Assembly (NCBI RefSeq): GCF_001194135.2
Contig: NC_068989.1
Location: 51,454,021 to 51,506,222 of the forward strand
Length of the DNA: 52,202 nt
Source of the DNA: Octopus bimaculoides
Lineage: Eukaryota
Direction of reading: 5' to 3'
A program made the translations under genes and the position numbers. The notes under the pieces were generated by a model. That model ran no database searches. It saw only the letters and a list, made by a program, of their open reading frames with translations, and had not been told where the DNA came from. Shown piece by piece: positions 40,256-52,202 of the stretch (position 1 is its first letter; every line of letters begins with the position of its first letter).

Positions 40256-41340
40256 GGGCGAAGCGACGTGGATATTCTGAACTCCGTCGTAAGAGGCAAT
40301 TGGATTCGAATGATACGTGTATCTGGCTTTGTCTTGTATCCCGTTGTTGTTTTATCAACCTTTTTTCCGCATGTTGTGTTTTTACAGTTTCCGTTCGTTG
40401 TGTTCTTTCTGTTCTACTTTTGAATTATCCATGCTGCGCTACGTACAACTTGCTGTTTACTTTGTAAAAACCAAACCTCGTGTATATTCTGTACGGCTCT
40501 CACCCTCTTTTCCTCGCCTTTCTCGCTTATTCCTTCCTCCTCCTCTCTCTCTCTGTTTCTCTTTTTCTCAATTCCCCCCTCTCTGTATCCCTTTCCACCA
40601 TACCTCTTATTCTTCAATCTCTTCTGTTTACGTTACTCACTTACTTCCCCTGTTCCCTGTTCCCTTTTCCTCTCTCCCTCTCATTCTCTGGTCCCTCTGA
40701 TTGCTTCCCCCCTCTCCTATTCCTTAGTCCCTCTGCCCCCTTCAAATCCACCCCATCCCTACCACGTGATCGCTGTCCGGTTCAGGCATTGTCGTCCTTT
40801 TTCAGCCCGCTGCCTTTGATGTCAGTTGCGTCTGTTCTAGCCTGCCGCCCGGTCAGTTAAGATATTTCCATTTCCATTTTCCTTGCGCTAGCTTACTACA
40901 ATCGTCTGACAGCCGAAGGATCCTGTTTGTTTTCTTTTATTTTTATTGTGATTGTATAATTATCTCCCTTCTGTTGAATAGCCGAAAGGCTTTTGACCAT
41001 TGTATATGTATACTTCTATTTCATATATTATGTTCACCCGATAATCGAAAGATCCTTTCTGTTGTTTTCTTATTTACTTTCGTATATGTACATTCGTTTG
41101 CATTGCCCAGAGGCTTAATGCTTTTCTTTTAGCTTAAGTCCCTGTCCCAGGTTTCGAGTAGTATCGGAGATAAGTGGAGAAGCTACGTGGATATTCCGGA
41201 CTCCGATTGAAGAAGCAATTGGCTGTTAATGATCCCTGTATTATGTTTTGCACTGCTTGCCGTCGTCGTGCTAATGTCCTTTTTTCGCCTGTAGTGTTTT
41301 GACGGTTTCTGTTTGTTGTGTTATTTCTGTTCTACCTTTT
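40256..41340 (+). repeat. Diverged ~165-bp direct repeats (40256-40421 / 41174-41340) flanking a CT-rich core
   Basis: acgtggatattc..actccg..gcaattgg..gttgtgtt.tttctgttctac occurs twice in the same orientation. Confidence 0.7.
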
Positions 41341-41410
41341 ATTCACACCCACACACACACATACACACATACACACATAATATATATATAATGTATGTTT
41401 GTGTGTGTGC

Positions 41411-41462
<52 letters not shown>

Positions 41463-41688
41463 TTAAAATTATTTAAAATTATAATACAGGGNNNNNNNNN
41501 NNNNNNNNNNNNNNNNNNNNNNNNNNNNNNNNNNNNNNNNNNNNNNNNNNNNNNNNNNNNNNNNNNNNNNNNNNNNNNNNNNNNNNNNNNNNNNNNNNNN
41601 NNNNNNNNNNNNNNNNNNNNNNNNNNNNNNNNNNNNNNNNNNNNNNNNNNNNNNNNNNNNNNNNNNNNNNNNNNNNNNNNNNNNNNNN

Positions 41689-41738
<50 letters not shown>

Positions 41739-44479
41739 TATATATTTTGTATTATTTCATATTGCCAATGGATATTTTATATAATAATTTAATATACATG
41801 TAATATGCCTTAGAACACTCCCACCATCAAGTCAACGTTGATTGAACAGTGCACGGTGTAACACACCTCATGTGCTCATGTATTGAAGTGCTCAAACGTC
41901 GACGTAAGATTAAGTGTTTTTTATAAAGATGCATCGCTCCACCCTTTCCAGGAATTGATACCACGATTAACTTAAACGCAACATTTCAACTACTAGGGCA
42001 TTCCCCCCACGTACGGATACAGATACATGTGTGCCTGCGTGCACGCGCGCGTGAATGTGTGTGAATGAATCTCCTACTGTACACATATGCATAAGTATTT
42101 TTCTTGGTGGTTATGCAGCTACACACCTGCAGATTAAAATATTTCGACAAGAATATCTCTGCCACATACTGATAAGTACATATCTGAAACACGTACATTG
42201 GTTCTTTATCTATGCATGAAAGCGTACGTGATTATGAGTATAATTAAATGAATTTGTATATGCACTAAAAGTAGCAACTCTGGAAATGTGTGTGTGTGTG
42301 TGTGTGTGTGTGTGAGTGTGTGTGTGTATGTATGTGTGTGCGTGTGTGTGCCTCTGTGTGTGTGTGTGTGTGTGTGCCTGTGTGTGTCTGTGTGTGTCTG
42401 TGTGTGTGTTTGTGTATGGTGAGTAGATCGAGAATTCCCACAATAACGAGGATTTACGCCATCATGAAAAATATGTGGAATGCTATATAATTTTATACCA
42501 CTGATTCATTCATAAAACCCAATGTCATACTTATTTGTTACTGAACTGAGGACAGGCAGTAGAATGGAAACCCTTGAAATGAAATTAGCCTTGGAGAATT
42601 TTCTAATTTTAAACAATATTTTAGTTCATTACGATTGAGAACTAAATTTAGAATATTGAGCCTTAACTGTATTCACATTTCAGTTATATCAGTAATTTAC
42701 TTCCAACGCCTTCAAATGCCTTAACTAACAACACCACTATATACTTTCATTGTTATCTATCAGTAAATTTGATTACGACCACGTGTTAACGAAACCTATA
42801 TATTCGTAGAAAAATGCAGTCCTATTTCTCAACCATAATGTAATTTTCATTCAATGAATCCCAAAATCTTTAAGACTAAATATTTATGCCTACGACAAAA
42901 TGAATTGCTTTATGCAGGTTGTGTTGAATTTTATTGAGCATACTTGCAATTTCGTATATTGCTAACACATTTTTAGCGATAAATTCAAATATTGGGTTAT
43001 TTCACTACCGCGATATACAGAAAGACATTAGGGAGTCACTAGAAAGTCAAATATATCACAATTCTCACTTTGTATCACATTTAAATATTTCTCTTCATAT
43101 AAAATGGTTTCTATCATACTTAATATTATGAGTAACAAAATATTGCTTTATTTTTTCAAGAATATACGGCAGTAAAGAAAAAGCGATGGTGTCGATATAA
43201 TGAAATATATATATCTACTCTGAGAATTCTGGAAGATGAAAACAAGCTTCATTTCAAATGAGTTTATAAAACAATTTCCTTACATTTTGAAAACATTGAG
43301 TAAGCAATCGAAATTCTACATTTCACATGACCAGATGCAAAGCTGGTAACAATGTCTGCCAGATGTGAAACTAACGTGTAATTTATGAAGAAAGATTACC
43401 AGTATATCTTTGTGAAAATTTATGTAAGTGAGTCAACAAGTCGTATAAATTTTGGGGTATTGGGCCACTGCCTATATATATATATATATAATTTTTCTCG
43501 TCTGGCCGTAAAGCCTTTTCTGTTTGTTTTCCTGTCTTGTTTTTTGTCCGCCACTACATTCCTCCATGGCTAGATTTAATTTGCGTATACAGATTTAATC
43601 TGCGATCCATGGGACGAGCCGTTTTAACGTTGCGTCCTGCCCGAAGCTCGTCGAAACGCCGGTGTTAAAACTTGGGTAGCTGATGAAGTAGAATGTTCTC
43701 TATGTGGCTCGTGTGTTCTCGTCTACGTTTGTTTGCAATGTCCTGTACCCAGATATGCACCTATACATACAGGTGGATGTCGGTATGCACATACCTGTAC
43801 GTATATATGNNNNNNNNNNNNNNNNNNNNNNNNNNNNNNNNNNNNNNNNNNNNNNNNNNNNNNNNNNNNNNNNNNNNNNNNNNNNNNNNNNNNNNNNNNN
43901 NNNNNNNNNNNNNNNNNNNNNNNNNNNNNNNNNNNNNNNNNNNNNNNNNNNNNNNNNNNNNNNNNNNNNNNNNNNNNNNNNNNNNNNNNNNNNNNNNNNN
44001 NNNNNNNNNNNNNNNNNNNNNNNNNNNNNNNNNNNNNNNNNNNNNNNNNNNNNNNNNNNNNNNNNNNNNNNNNNNNNNNNNNNNNNNNNNNNNNNNNNNN
44101 NNNNNNNNNNNNNNNNNNNNNNNNNNNNNNNNNNNNNNNNNNNNNNNNNNNNNNNNNNNNNNNNNNNNNNNNNNNNNNNNNNNNNNNNNNNNNNNNNNNN
44201 NNNNNNNNNNNNNNNNNNNNNNNNNNNNNNNNNNNNNNNNNNTGTGTGCCATAAATATCGCCATCCATTTTAGAGAAAAATTTGTAGTTTAGAATCAGTG
44301 GTTCTTTGACTGCTGTTTCTGAATTTTCAGTATGTTGGAGAAGCAACTCAATTGCTAATCCCTTATATTTATGATGATAAATGGTCTTACCGATAAAGGT
44401 TTATTTCATACTGAACTACTTGGCAAAATTGTTAATTGTTAATTCTATTATTAATTGACGATTCCCTGCCCTCATTTCT

Positions 44480-44540
<61 letters not shown>

Positions 44541-44619
44541 AGAGAGACAAACAGACGGACAGACAGACAGACAGAAAGAGAGAGAGATTGCTAGAATAAT
44601 GGAACAGTCATTTTAAGTG

Positions 44620-44950
44620 GAGGTTATGTTATTGAATGCGGAATTGGTGAAACTTCAACATAAGCTACATTTTTAAACATAGAAGGATGAATATCAGCTA
44701 AAGTATATAGATAATGATCGGCGTTAATGTTGGTATGGAGAACAATTAATGAGCCAAGATAATTCTGTGATATGTCTGCCCAGTTAATTATGGTGTCACC
44801 GCCATATATCACGATAGTAGCAACACAGTCGGAATTGAAGTCATCTTTGGACTTTTTCCAGATATAAAATTGCTCCACTTTGTGAAAAAAAGAAACGGTA
44901 AATAACGTTTTAAAAAACGGCATTTTTCCATTGATTATCCCTATTGTTTA
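44620..44950 (-). pseudogene. Tc1-like transposase fragment
   Basis: QWKNAVF, YIWKKSKDDFNSDCVATIVIYGGDTIINWADIS and YLYTLADIHP match Tc1 (VWR..E.Y.P.C...TVKHGGGSVMIWA.IS). Confidence 0.85.
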
Positions 44951-46249
44951 GACGCCATTTCCTGCTTATTATTTGTGATGGAGTTACAATGTTTTTAATA
45001 AGTGCGTCCCTCCCATAGTATCGAGATTCATAATGACTATGAACGATTTTCATTGACTAAGGATTCGCAAGGGCTGGTTTTGCTATGTTGCTTGCGATAC
45101 TACCGTTGGTGGATGCTGTTTTAACAAAATACGTTTCACTATACTACAGCCTCTGTCTGCAATCTTTGCCTTGCATTTAGAATTATGCTGCTTGATCTTA
45201 TTTTACATTCATTTTTGAATGTAAAAATGCTATTAAAGACGATATCTCTCGTAAAATTAAACGATTCATTAGCTGTAATGCCTACTGCTCTAACTGTGCT
45301 TGCTGCAACAGTTTATTCCCGTTCAAAGCTAGATAGCTCACGCATTTCAACTTATATATAAGTATCAAGAAAGCAAGGAAAGTGATGGTCTATATCTTGA
45401 ACTACAACATATGCATAATGGATATGAACACACTAACATATATATAAAAGAGTAGCTTTTAATTAACCATTTCACCAGAGGTAAAATAGTGAATTATTTG
45501 TAGCGTGTCCATTCTCTTTTACTACAAATGTGATAACCGAAGCAGACTTTGTGGAGGTAGTGCCGAAGGTGTCGCTCACGTCATAGCAATTCTTCGAAAA
45601 TGGAGCATCATTTAATATGCTGTAATAAAATTCAACTGTAATATGCGTATGATGTCATTGGTGTCGGTAACCCCATGCGTATTTCCAAGCTGTATTTAAA
45701 CATATGCATTTGTAAACTCTGAAATGAATGCTGTATTCACTGATCTCAACTCAGCGTCACTCGCAAATTATCTAAACATTAAGGACATAAGTTTTGGTGC
45801 ACTTGAAAGAGCTATTGCTAGAATATATTACGTAATTTCTTTATTCAGTAATACCCCATTTCAATCCCGTGTAAATAAACACTTTAAACCTACCTGTGTG
45901 TATCTGCTTTTCTCCATTCATAACAGATTGACAAGAATTATTCTTACAAACACTGTTGGATTTCCGGGCGTAATGCCAGGTTGAAACGCTTGCAATTTAC
46001 CTTGTTATCCATTTGAGTGTATATATATATATATATATATATNNNNNNNNNNNNNNNNNNNNNNNNNNNNNNNNNNNNNNNNNNNNNNNNNNNNNNNNNN
46101 NNNNNNNNNNNNNNNNNNNNNNNNNNNNNNNNNNNNNNNNNNNNNNNNNNNNNNNNNNNNNNNNNNNNNNNNNNNNNNNNNNNNNNNNNNNNNNNNNNNN
46201 NNNNNNNNNNNNNNNNNNNNNNNNNNNNNNNNNNNNNNNNNNNNNNNNN

Positions 46250-46463
46250 ATTATTATCCAATGTAACTATTTTAAGAATGATAATACCAGAATCAATTAC
46301 ACAGGCGACACCAGGCCGAAAATAAAATTAAATACCCGTAATTAAATAGTCTGTCCGTTGATTAATTTTTATCCCTCGGCTCTCTAATGCTATTTTGGGC
46401 CTGCTGTCGCCTGTGTCATTGATTCTGTTATTATCATTCTTAAAATAGTTACATTGGATAATA
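46250..46463. repeat. ~74-bp inverted repeat with 66-bp spacer (MITE-like); left end lost in a gap
   Basis: ttattatccaatgtaactattttaagaatgataat..caggcgaca / tgtcgcctg..attatcattcttaaaatagttacattggataataa. Confidence 0.85.
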
Positions 46464-46921
46464 ATAGAATTAATGACACCTTCGTAAATTAATTTTAATA
46501 AATTGTTTTTCTCGTGAATTTGTATCAACATTACACAGGTAGCTGCTGTGACTTCGGCGCAAAACGAATCAGTAGCGGCACAGACTTCGGAAGAGTAGGT
46601 TGGGAACCTCTTACCTTGGTAATGCGTGCTGAAGAAGCTAAGGCTCATTTTGCCAATGCAGAAAGTAGTCCACGTGAATCTAAATGTAAGTAGGTGAATC
46701 TAAATGTAAGTAGGTTGTCTCAAACAAATTTGCCTTCGTTTGATTTCTGTAGTTATCACCGGTGTATTATTGGCGATTTAATAACGATTTTTTATTGTTA
46801 TTTCAAGCAGGTAGACATACTTAGTATACTTAGACATAATTTGATTAATTTTGTACATATATATATATATACCTATTGTATAGCTGAGTTTGTGAGTCTC
46901 TGTGTGTGTATGTGTGTGTGC

Positions 46922-46990
<69 letters not shown>

Positions 46991-48171
46991 NNNNNNNNNN
47001 NNNNNNNNNNNNNNNNNNNNNNNNNNNNNNNNNNNNNNNNNNNNNNNNNNNNNNNNNNNNNNNNNNNNNNNNNNNNNNNNNNNNNNNNNNNNNNNNNNNN
47101 NNNNNNNNNNNNNNNNNNNNNNNNNNNNNNNNNNNNNNNNNNNNNNNNNNNNNNNNNNNNNNNNNNNNNNNNNNNNNNNNNNNNNNNNNNNNNNNNNNNN
47201 NNNNNNNNNNNNNNNNNNNNNNNNNNNNNNNNNNNNNNNNNNNNNNNNNNNNNNNNNNNNNNNNNNNNNNNNNNNNNNNNNNNNNNNNNNNNNNNNNNNN
47301 NNNNNNNNNNNNNNNNNNNNNNNNNNNNNNNNNNNNNNNNNNNNNNNNNNNNNNNNNNNNNNNNNNNNNNNNNNNNNNNNNNNNNNNNNNNNNNNNNNNN
47401 NNNNNNNNNNNNNNNNNNNNNNNNNNNNNNNNNNNNNNNNNNNNNNNNNNNNNNNNNNNNNNNNNNNNNNNNNNNNNNNNNNNNNNNNNNNNNNNNNNNN
47501 NNNNNNNNNNNNNNNNNNNNNNNNNNNNNNNNNNNNNNNNNNNNNNNNNNNNNNNNNNNNNNNNNNNNNNNNNNNNNNNNNNNNNNNNNNNNNNNNNNNN
47601 NNNNNNNNNNNNNNNNNNNNNNNNNNNNNNNNNNNNNNNNNNNNNNNNNNNNNNNNNNNNNNNNNNNNNNNNNNNNNNNNNNNNNNNNNNNNNNNNNNNN
47701 NNNNNNNNNNNNNNNNNNNNNNNNNNNNNNNNNNNNNNNNNNNNNNNNNNNNNNNNNNNNNNNNNNNNNNNNNNNNNNNNNNNNNNNNTATATATATGCT
47801 TTCCGTGCAAATGGTTTTGTTATACGACGCCGTATTTTACAATCATGTAAATAATAATAATAATGGTATTTTTTTTATATAAGCTTAAACTTTATGGTGT
47901 TCACCGTGCAATGACGAAGGAAAATAGTCTAATAAGGAGGTACATAAGCACTCAACAGAAAAAAACAAGGCTTTTCTATCCGTGTGTGAAGGTAACACAC
48001 ACAGGCATGATAACAAAGGGATGTGGATAGTCATTGCACGGTGAACAGCATAAGCTTTAATCTTATATAAAAATACCATTATTATTATTTACAGAATCGT
48101 AAAATACGGCAACGTATAATAGAGCCATTCGCACCGAAAGCATATATATATATATATATATATATATATGG

Positions 48172-48478
48172 TTACTATAGCCGCAGGCTGACCAAAATCT
48201 TATGAGTGGATTTCGTACTCGGAAACTGAAAGAAAACTGTAGTATATATGTCTATATTTGTGTATGTGTGTGCCTGTGTCTTGTGTGTGCACCCCCACCA
48301 TTCCTTGACAGCTAATGTTGCTGCGTTTACATACCTGTAACTTAGCGGTTTGGAAAAAGACGCTGACAGAATGAGTACTAGACTTACAAAGAATAAATCC
48401 TGTGGTTGATTTCTTCGACCAACGACGGTACTCCACCATGGCCGCAGTCACATGACTGAAACAAGTAAGTCAATAAAA
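48172..48478 (+). mobile_element. 5'-truncated SINE with internal microsatellite
   Basis: ctgaccaaaatcttatgagtggattt..ggaaactgaaagaa, a TA/TG tract, then gtaacttagcggtt..agtactagacttacaaagaataa..catggccgcagtca.atgactgaaacaagtaa. Recalled as a very abundant Octopus SINE body. Confidence 0.7.
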
Positions 48479-48493
48479 ATCTATGCCATTTTA

Positions 48494-48524
48494 ATCCCGA
48501 GCAAGGCTGGGTACGTCTGATAGT
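48494..48524 (+). mobile_element. Putative Helitron 3' terminus
   Basis: cccgagcaaggctggg hairpin followed by tacgtctgATAG|t, one mismatch from CTAG. Confidence 0.45.
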
Positions 48525-48542
48525 AGACACACACACGCACAC

Positions 48543-48573
<31 letters not shown>

Positions 48574-50742
48574 TATGTATGTATATGTATATATATATAA
48601 TATATCACAAATGTAAAACAGAAGATGGAATATACGAGAATATATCATTAATCACAAAAATTGTTTCGACACCTCTAGCATCGACTCCTCTTGTGGGACA
48701 CTCAACAACTGGTTCAGGAGTAGCCGGCGGTGCAGATGTATCTCGTCGGATGATAAATAAAAAATAGTAACTCGTTAAAATGACTGTTCCAAAACGCTAC
48801 TCTTAGTTTTGTAAAGACAAAAAAAAAAGAAACAGCCAGACGTAGGAGAATGCTTCATATATATAGAAGATCCAAAAATAAAATTGCAGAAGACAAAAAG
48901 AGAAAAGAACACTCAATCCTACACTCGGTGATTTCCTGTTCAACATGCGATATTTTCTAACTGTTACCCATATTCCAACATCAAACCATGTCACCGCTTG
49001 ACCCTCATCGACCAATGGTAGCCCTCCTTNNNNNNNNNNNNNNNNNNNNNNNNNNNNNNNNNNNNNNNNNNNNNNNNNNNNNNNNNNNNNNNNNNNNNNN
49101 NNNNNNNNNNNNNNNNNNNNNNNNNNNNNNNNNNNNNNNNNNNNNNNNNNNNNNNNNNNNNNNNNNNNNNNNNNNNNNNNNNNNNNNNNNNNNNNNNNNN
49201 NNNNNNNNNNNNNNNNNNNNNNNNNNNNNNNNNNNNNNNNNNNNNNNNNNNNNNNNNNNNNNNNNNNNNNNNNNNNNNNNNNNNNNNNNNNNNNNNNNNN
49301 NNNNNNNNNNNNNNNNNNNNNNNNNNNNNNNNNNNNNNNNNNNNNNNNNNNNNNNNNNNNNNNNNNNNNNNNNNNNNNNNNNNNNNNNNNNNNNNNNNNN
49401 NNNNNNNNNNNNNNNNNNNNNNNNNNNNNNNNNNNNNNNNNNNNNNNNNNNNNNNNNNNNNNNNNNNNNNNNNNNNNNNNNNNNNNNNNNNNNNNNNNNN
49501 NNNNNNNNNNNNNNNNNNNNNNNNNNNNNNNNNNNNNNNNNNNNNNNNNNNNNNNNNNNNNNNNNNNNNNNNNNNNNNNNNNNNNNNNNNNNNNNNNNNN
49601 NNNNNNNNNNNNNNNNNNNNNNNNNNNNNNNNNNNNNNNNNNNNNNNNNNNNNNNNNNNNNNNNNNNNNNNNNNNNNNNNNNNNNNNNNNNNNNNNNNNN
49701 NNNNNNNNNNNNNNNNNNNNNNNNNNNNNNNNNNNNNNNNNNNNNNNNNNNNNNNNNNNNNNNNNNNNNNNNNNNNNATATATATATATATATACATGAC
49801 ACACACTCACATGAGTATACATATGTATATATGTGTGAGAATGTGCGTGTGTCTATACGAGTATTTTGTCTGTGTAATAGCATTTTGTTTGGCAGTCGGT
49901 GTCTGTGTGCATGCACGTATTGTATTTACAGATGCAAAATTTGATATTGTAACAATTGCGTTTTGATTTTTTTACATTTAATTTTTATTTCGTTTTTTTT
50001 TTCCATTTGGTTAGACATAACGTTATAGTGTAAGCAGGGCTTCACAATTACCTGACACACTTAACAGTAATTTACAATAACTATATATATTTTTCAATAT
50101 TCCACTTCACATTATATTGCATGAAGTGAATTTATGTAACATCTCCCTATCTTCCCCACATTATTGTCTAGTTTCTTTCCACCTGGGACAAAACTTTGTT
50201 TTTATGGAACACTTTCGAAATAAGCACTTCTACGTATATAAATATGTGGGGCAAATTACTTTTTTCTCTCTTCAACTCATACATTGTTCATAATTTAATT
50301 GTAATAACATAGGTTTGCGTGTATACGTATAGTGGCTTTTGAGACGCCGCAGATTATAATGAAGTTTCATTTCACACGTCATTATTTAAATTAACAAATT
50401 AGATAATGCGTGATGAAACAAAGTGTCACTATGTATGTATTCATTAGTGTATTCTCTAAACCACAGTAATTCAATAGACACACATACACACACATGCACA
50501 CATATACNNNNNNNNNNNNNNNNNNNNNNNNNNNNNNNNNNNNNNNNNNNNNNNNNNNNNNNNNNNNNNNNNNNNNNNNNNNNNNNNNNNNNNNNNNNNN
50601 NNNNNNNNNNNNNNNNNNNNNNNNNNNNNNNNNNNNNNNNNNNNNNNNNNNNNNNNNNNNNNNNNNNNNNNNNNNNNNNNNNNNNNNNNNATATATATAT
50701 GAGAGTATTGTAGTGTTCGCTTGAAGCATTGTGTATTGTTTG

Positions 50743-51018
50743 TAAAGAATTAAAAGTTTAGAATGGTACAACAATGCACTATAAAACAAAAAATGGACTA
50801 TATATCTGTTGTAATTTGGTTATCTATAGTCCGATGATATTTCGGAATTACAATTCCTTCTTCAGATTTTCGTAGATGGAGTCTCTAAGAAGATCTGAAG
50901 AAGAAATTGTAATTCCGAAATATCATCGGACTATAGATAACCAAATTACAACAGATATGTTGTCCATTTTTTTGTTTTATAGCGCATTGCTGTACCATTC
51001 TAAACTTTTAATTCTTTA
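50743..51018. repeat. 276-bp near-perfect palindrome containing two hammerhead-like motifs
   Basis: Arms of ~135 bp with about 8 differences and a 7-nt loop (tggagtc). Each arm carries CTGAAGA-AG(G/A)AATTGTAATTCC-GAAATATC. Confidence 0.9.
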
Positions 51019-52045
51019 TATATATATATATATATATACATACATTCCTACATGCATACATATATGTGTATGTGCGTGTGTGTGCCTCTAAGTGAATTCA
51101 TTCTGTTGATGGAAATGAATTTCTAAACGTCTAGGCATAACTATAATGGTTTAGCGAGTTCTCGCATATTCTTTTCCATCTGGACGTCCAAAATCTGTCA
51201 ACATAGAGCTTTGAAAAGCATAGATTAGAAAGCTCTGATGGAAAGTAACTAAAAAGTGAAACACACGTAAGGCATCGGTCCTAATAAAAAAAAAAAAACA
51301 TCAACTAGAAAAACTTTCTAAGCGTGATTAATGGAAATATGAATTTATTCATTAAACATAGACGTAATATCGTTTAACATATATCGACTAAGTAAACTCC
51401 ATTCACACATCTATCTCAGATCGTTCTCCCCAAAATTAATCCAATGCAAGTTAATCAAGTCGAAGCTGATAATCTTTTCATTCAATGCTATCTATAGGTT
51501 TTGTCAAGTGTTCTAGTTTTGTTGTCCTTGTGATAATTTCCGCGATGACTAGTTTTCTGTACTGTTTATTTCGGGAACTATCCGCAAGAACTCTATTATT
51601 CTTTTCCTTGTCTTTCAGTAATTCTTCTGACTTTCTTCCACTAATGAAATAATGAACTAAACTTAAATTTCTTCTTCTCCTGCATCACTTTTCAGCTCAC
51701 AGATAATTTTTGTAGGCTTAGCCATTGTGAGAAATAATAATTAACGCAATAATACCACTGTCTATATGATTTGAATTTATATTACAGGTAAGGAGGACTA
51801 AGAAGGAATAAAATAAAACTTGCATAAACAGATAAAAACAGACAAAAAAACCCTCCTAACATTTGTCCTTAATTTGGCATCAAATGTTTCTTTCAACAAC
51901 ATAATTCTGTTGTTCCAGACAAAACTATCATGTACCCGTTTTGCCACAGATATAAGTATCCAAGGTTTATAAAAAATGGGGTTTTTTATCCAAAGAGATC
52001 CCTTTGGGCCTTTCTAGTTTTTACACAAGCTAAATTATATGTATT

Positions 52046-52105
<60 letters not shown>

Positions 52106-52202
52106 TAGCGGCATAACTATAGATGTGTAACCCACCCGAATTTGTTGCCTCATAACTTCCAGATAGATGTATACATTTTAATGAAATTTTCACTATATAT
52201 AT

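Noticed and set aside
488-50789. Long ORFs in the six-frame track (e.g. 407 aa at 24835, 386 aa at 46694)
   Set aside because: They are open only because of N-runs and (TA)/(TG)/(CA) microsatellites (YIYI, VCVC, HTHT).
51460-51730. Acidic ORF start MAKPTKIICELKSDAGEEE (minus strand), possibly a transposase N-terminus
   Set aside because: Stops after 20 codons, with no catalytic motif or TIR to support it.

Overview
AT-rich animal genomic DNA from a fragmented short-read assembly: about 20 N-gaps, most flanked by (TA)n/(TG)n microsatellites. The repeat families recall a cephalopod, probably Octopus; this is inferred from memory and was not searched. No host gene, rRNA, tRNA or CRISPR array can be called with confidence, and most ORFs in the track are N-run or microsatellite artefacts. 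The window is mostly decayed transposons: a Helitron RepHel relic, a possible Helitron N-terminus and 3' ends, a Penelope-like RT, three RTE-clade LINE pieces, an R4/Dong-like LINE interrupted by a SINE with an 18-bp TSD, mariner and Tc1 transposase relics, MITEs and tRNA-derived SINEs. The most notable structures are: (1) a ~1-kb element with ~280-bp inverted repeats around a degenerate (TTAGGG)n array; (2) a 276-bp near-perfect palindrome of two back-to-back minimal hammerhead-like motifs; (3) a compact pseudoknot-like RNA candidate at 43.6 kb; (4) an RTE LINE with a twin-priming-like 5' inversion; (5) an RTE LINE ending in three intact C2H2 fingers. A few small exon candidates exist, including a spliced CxxCHxxCxxC motif, but they are weak. 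All alignments were done by eye.
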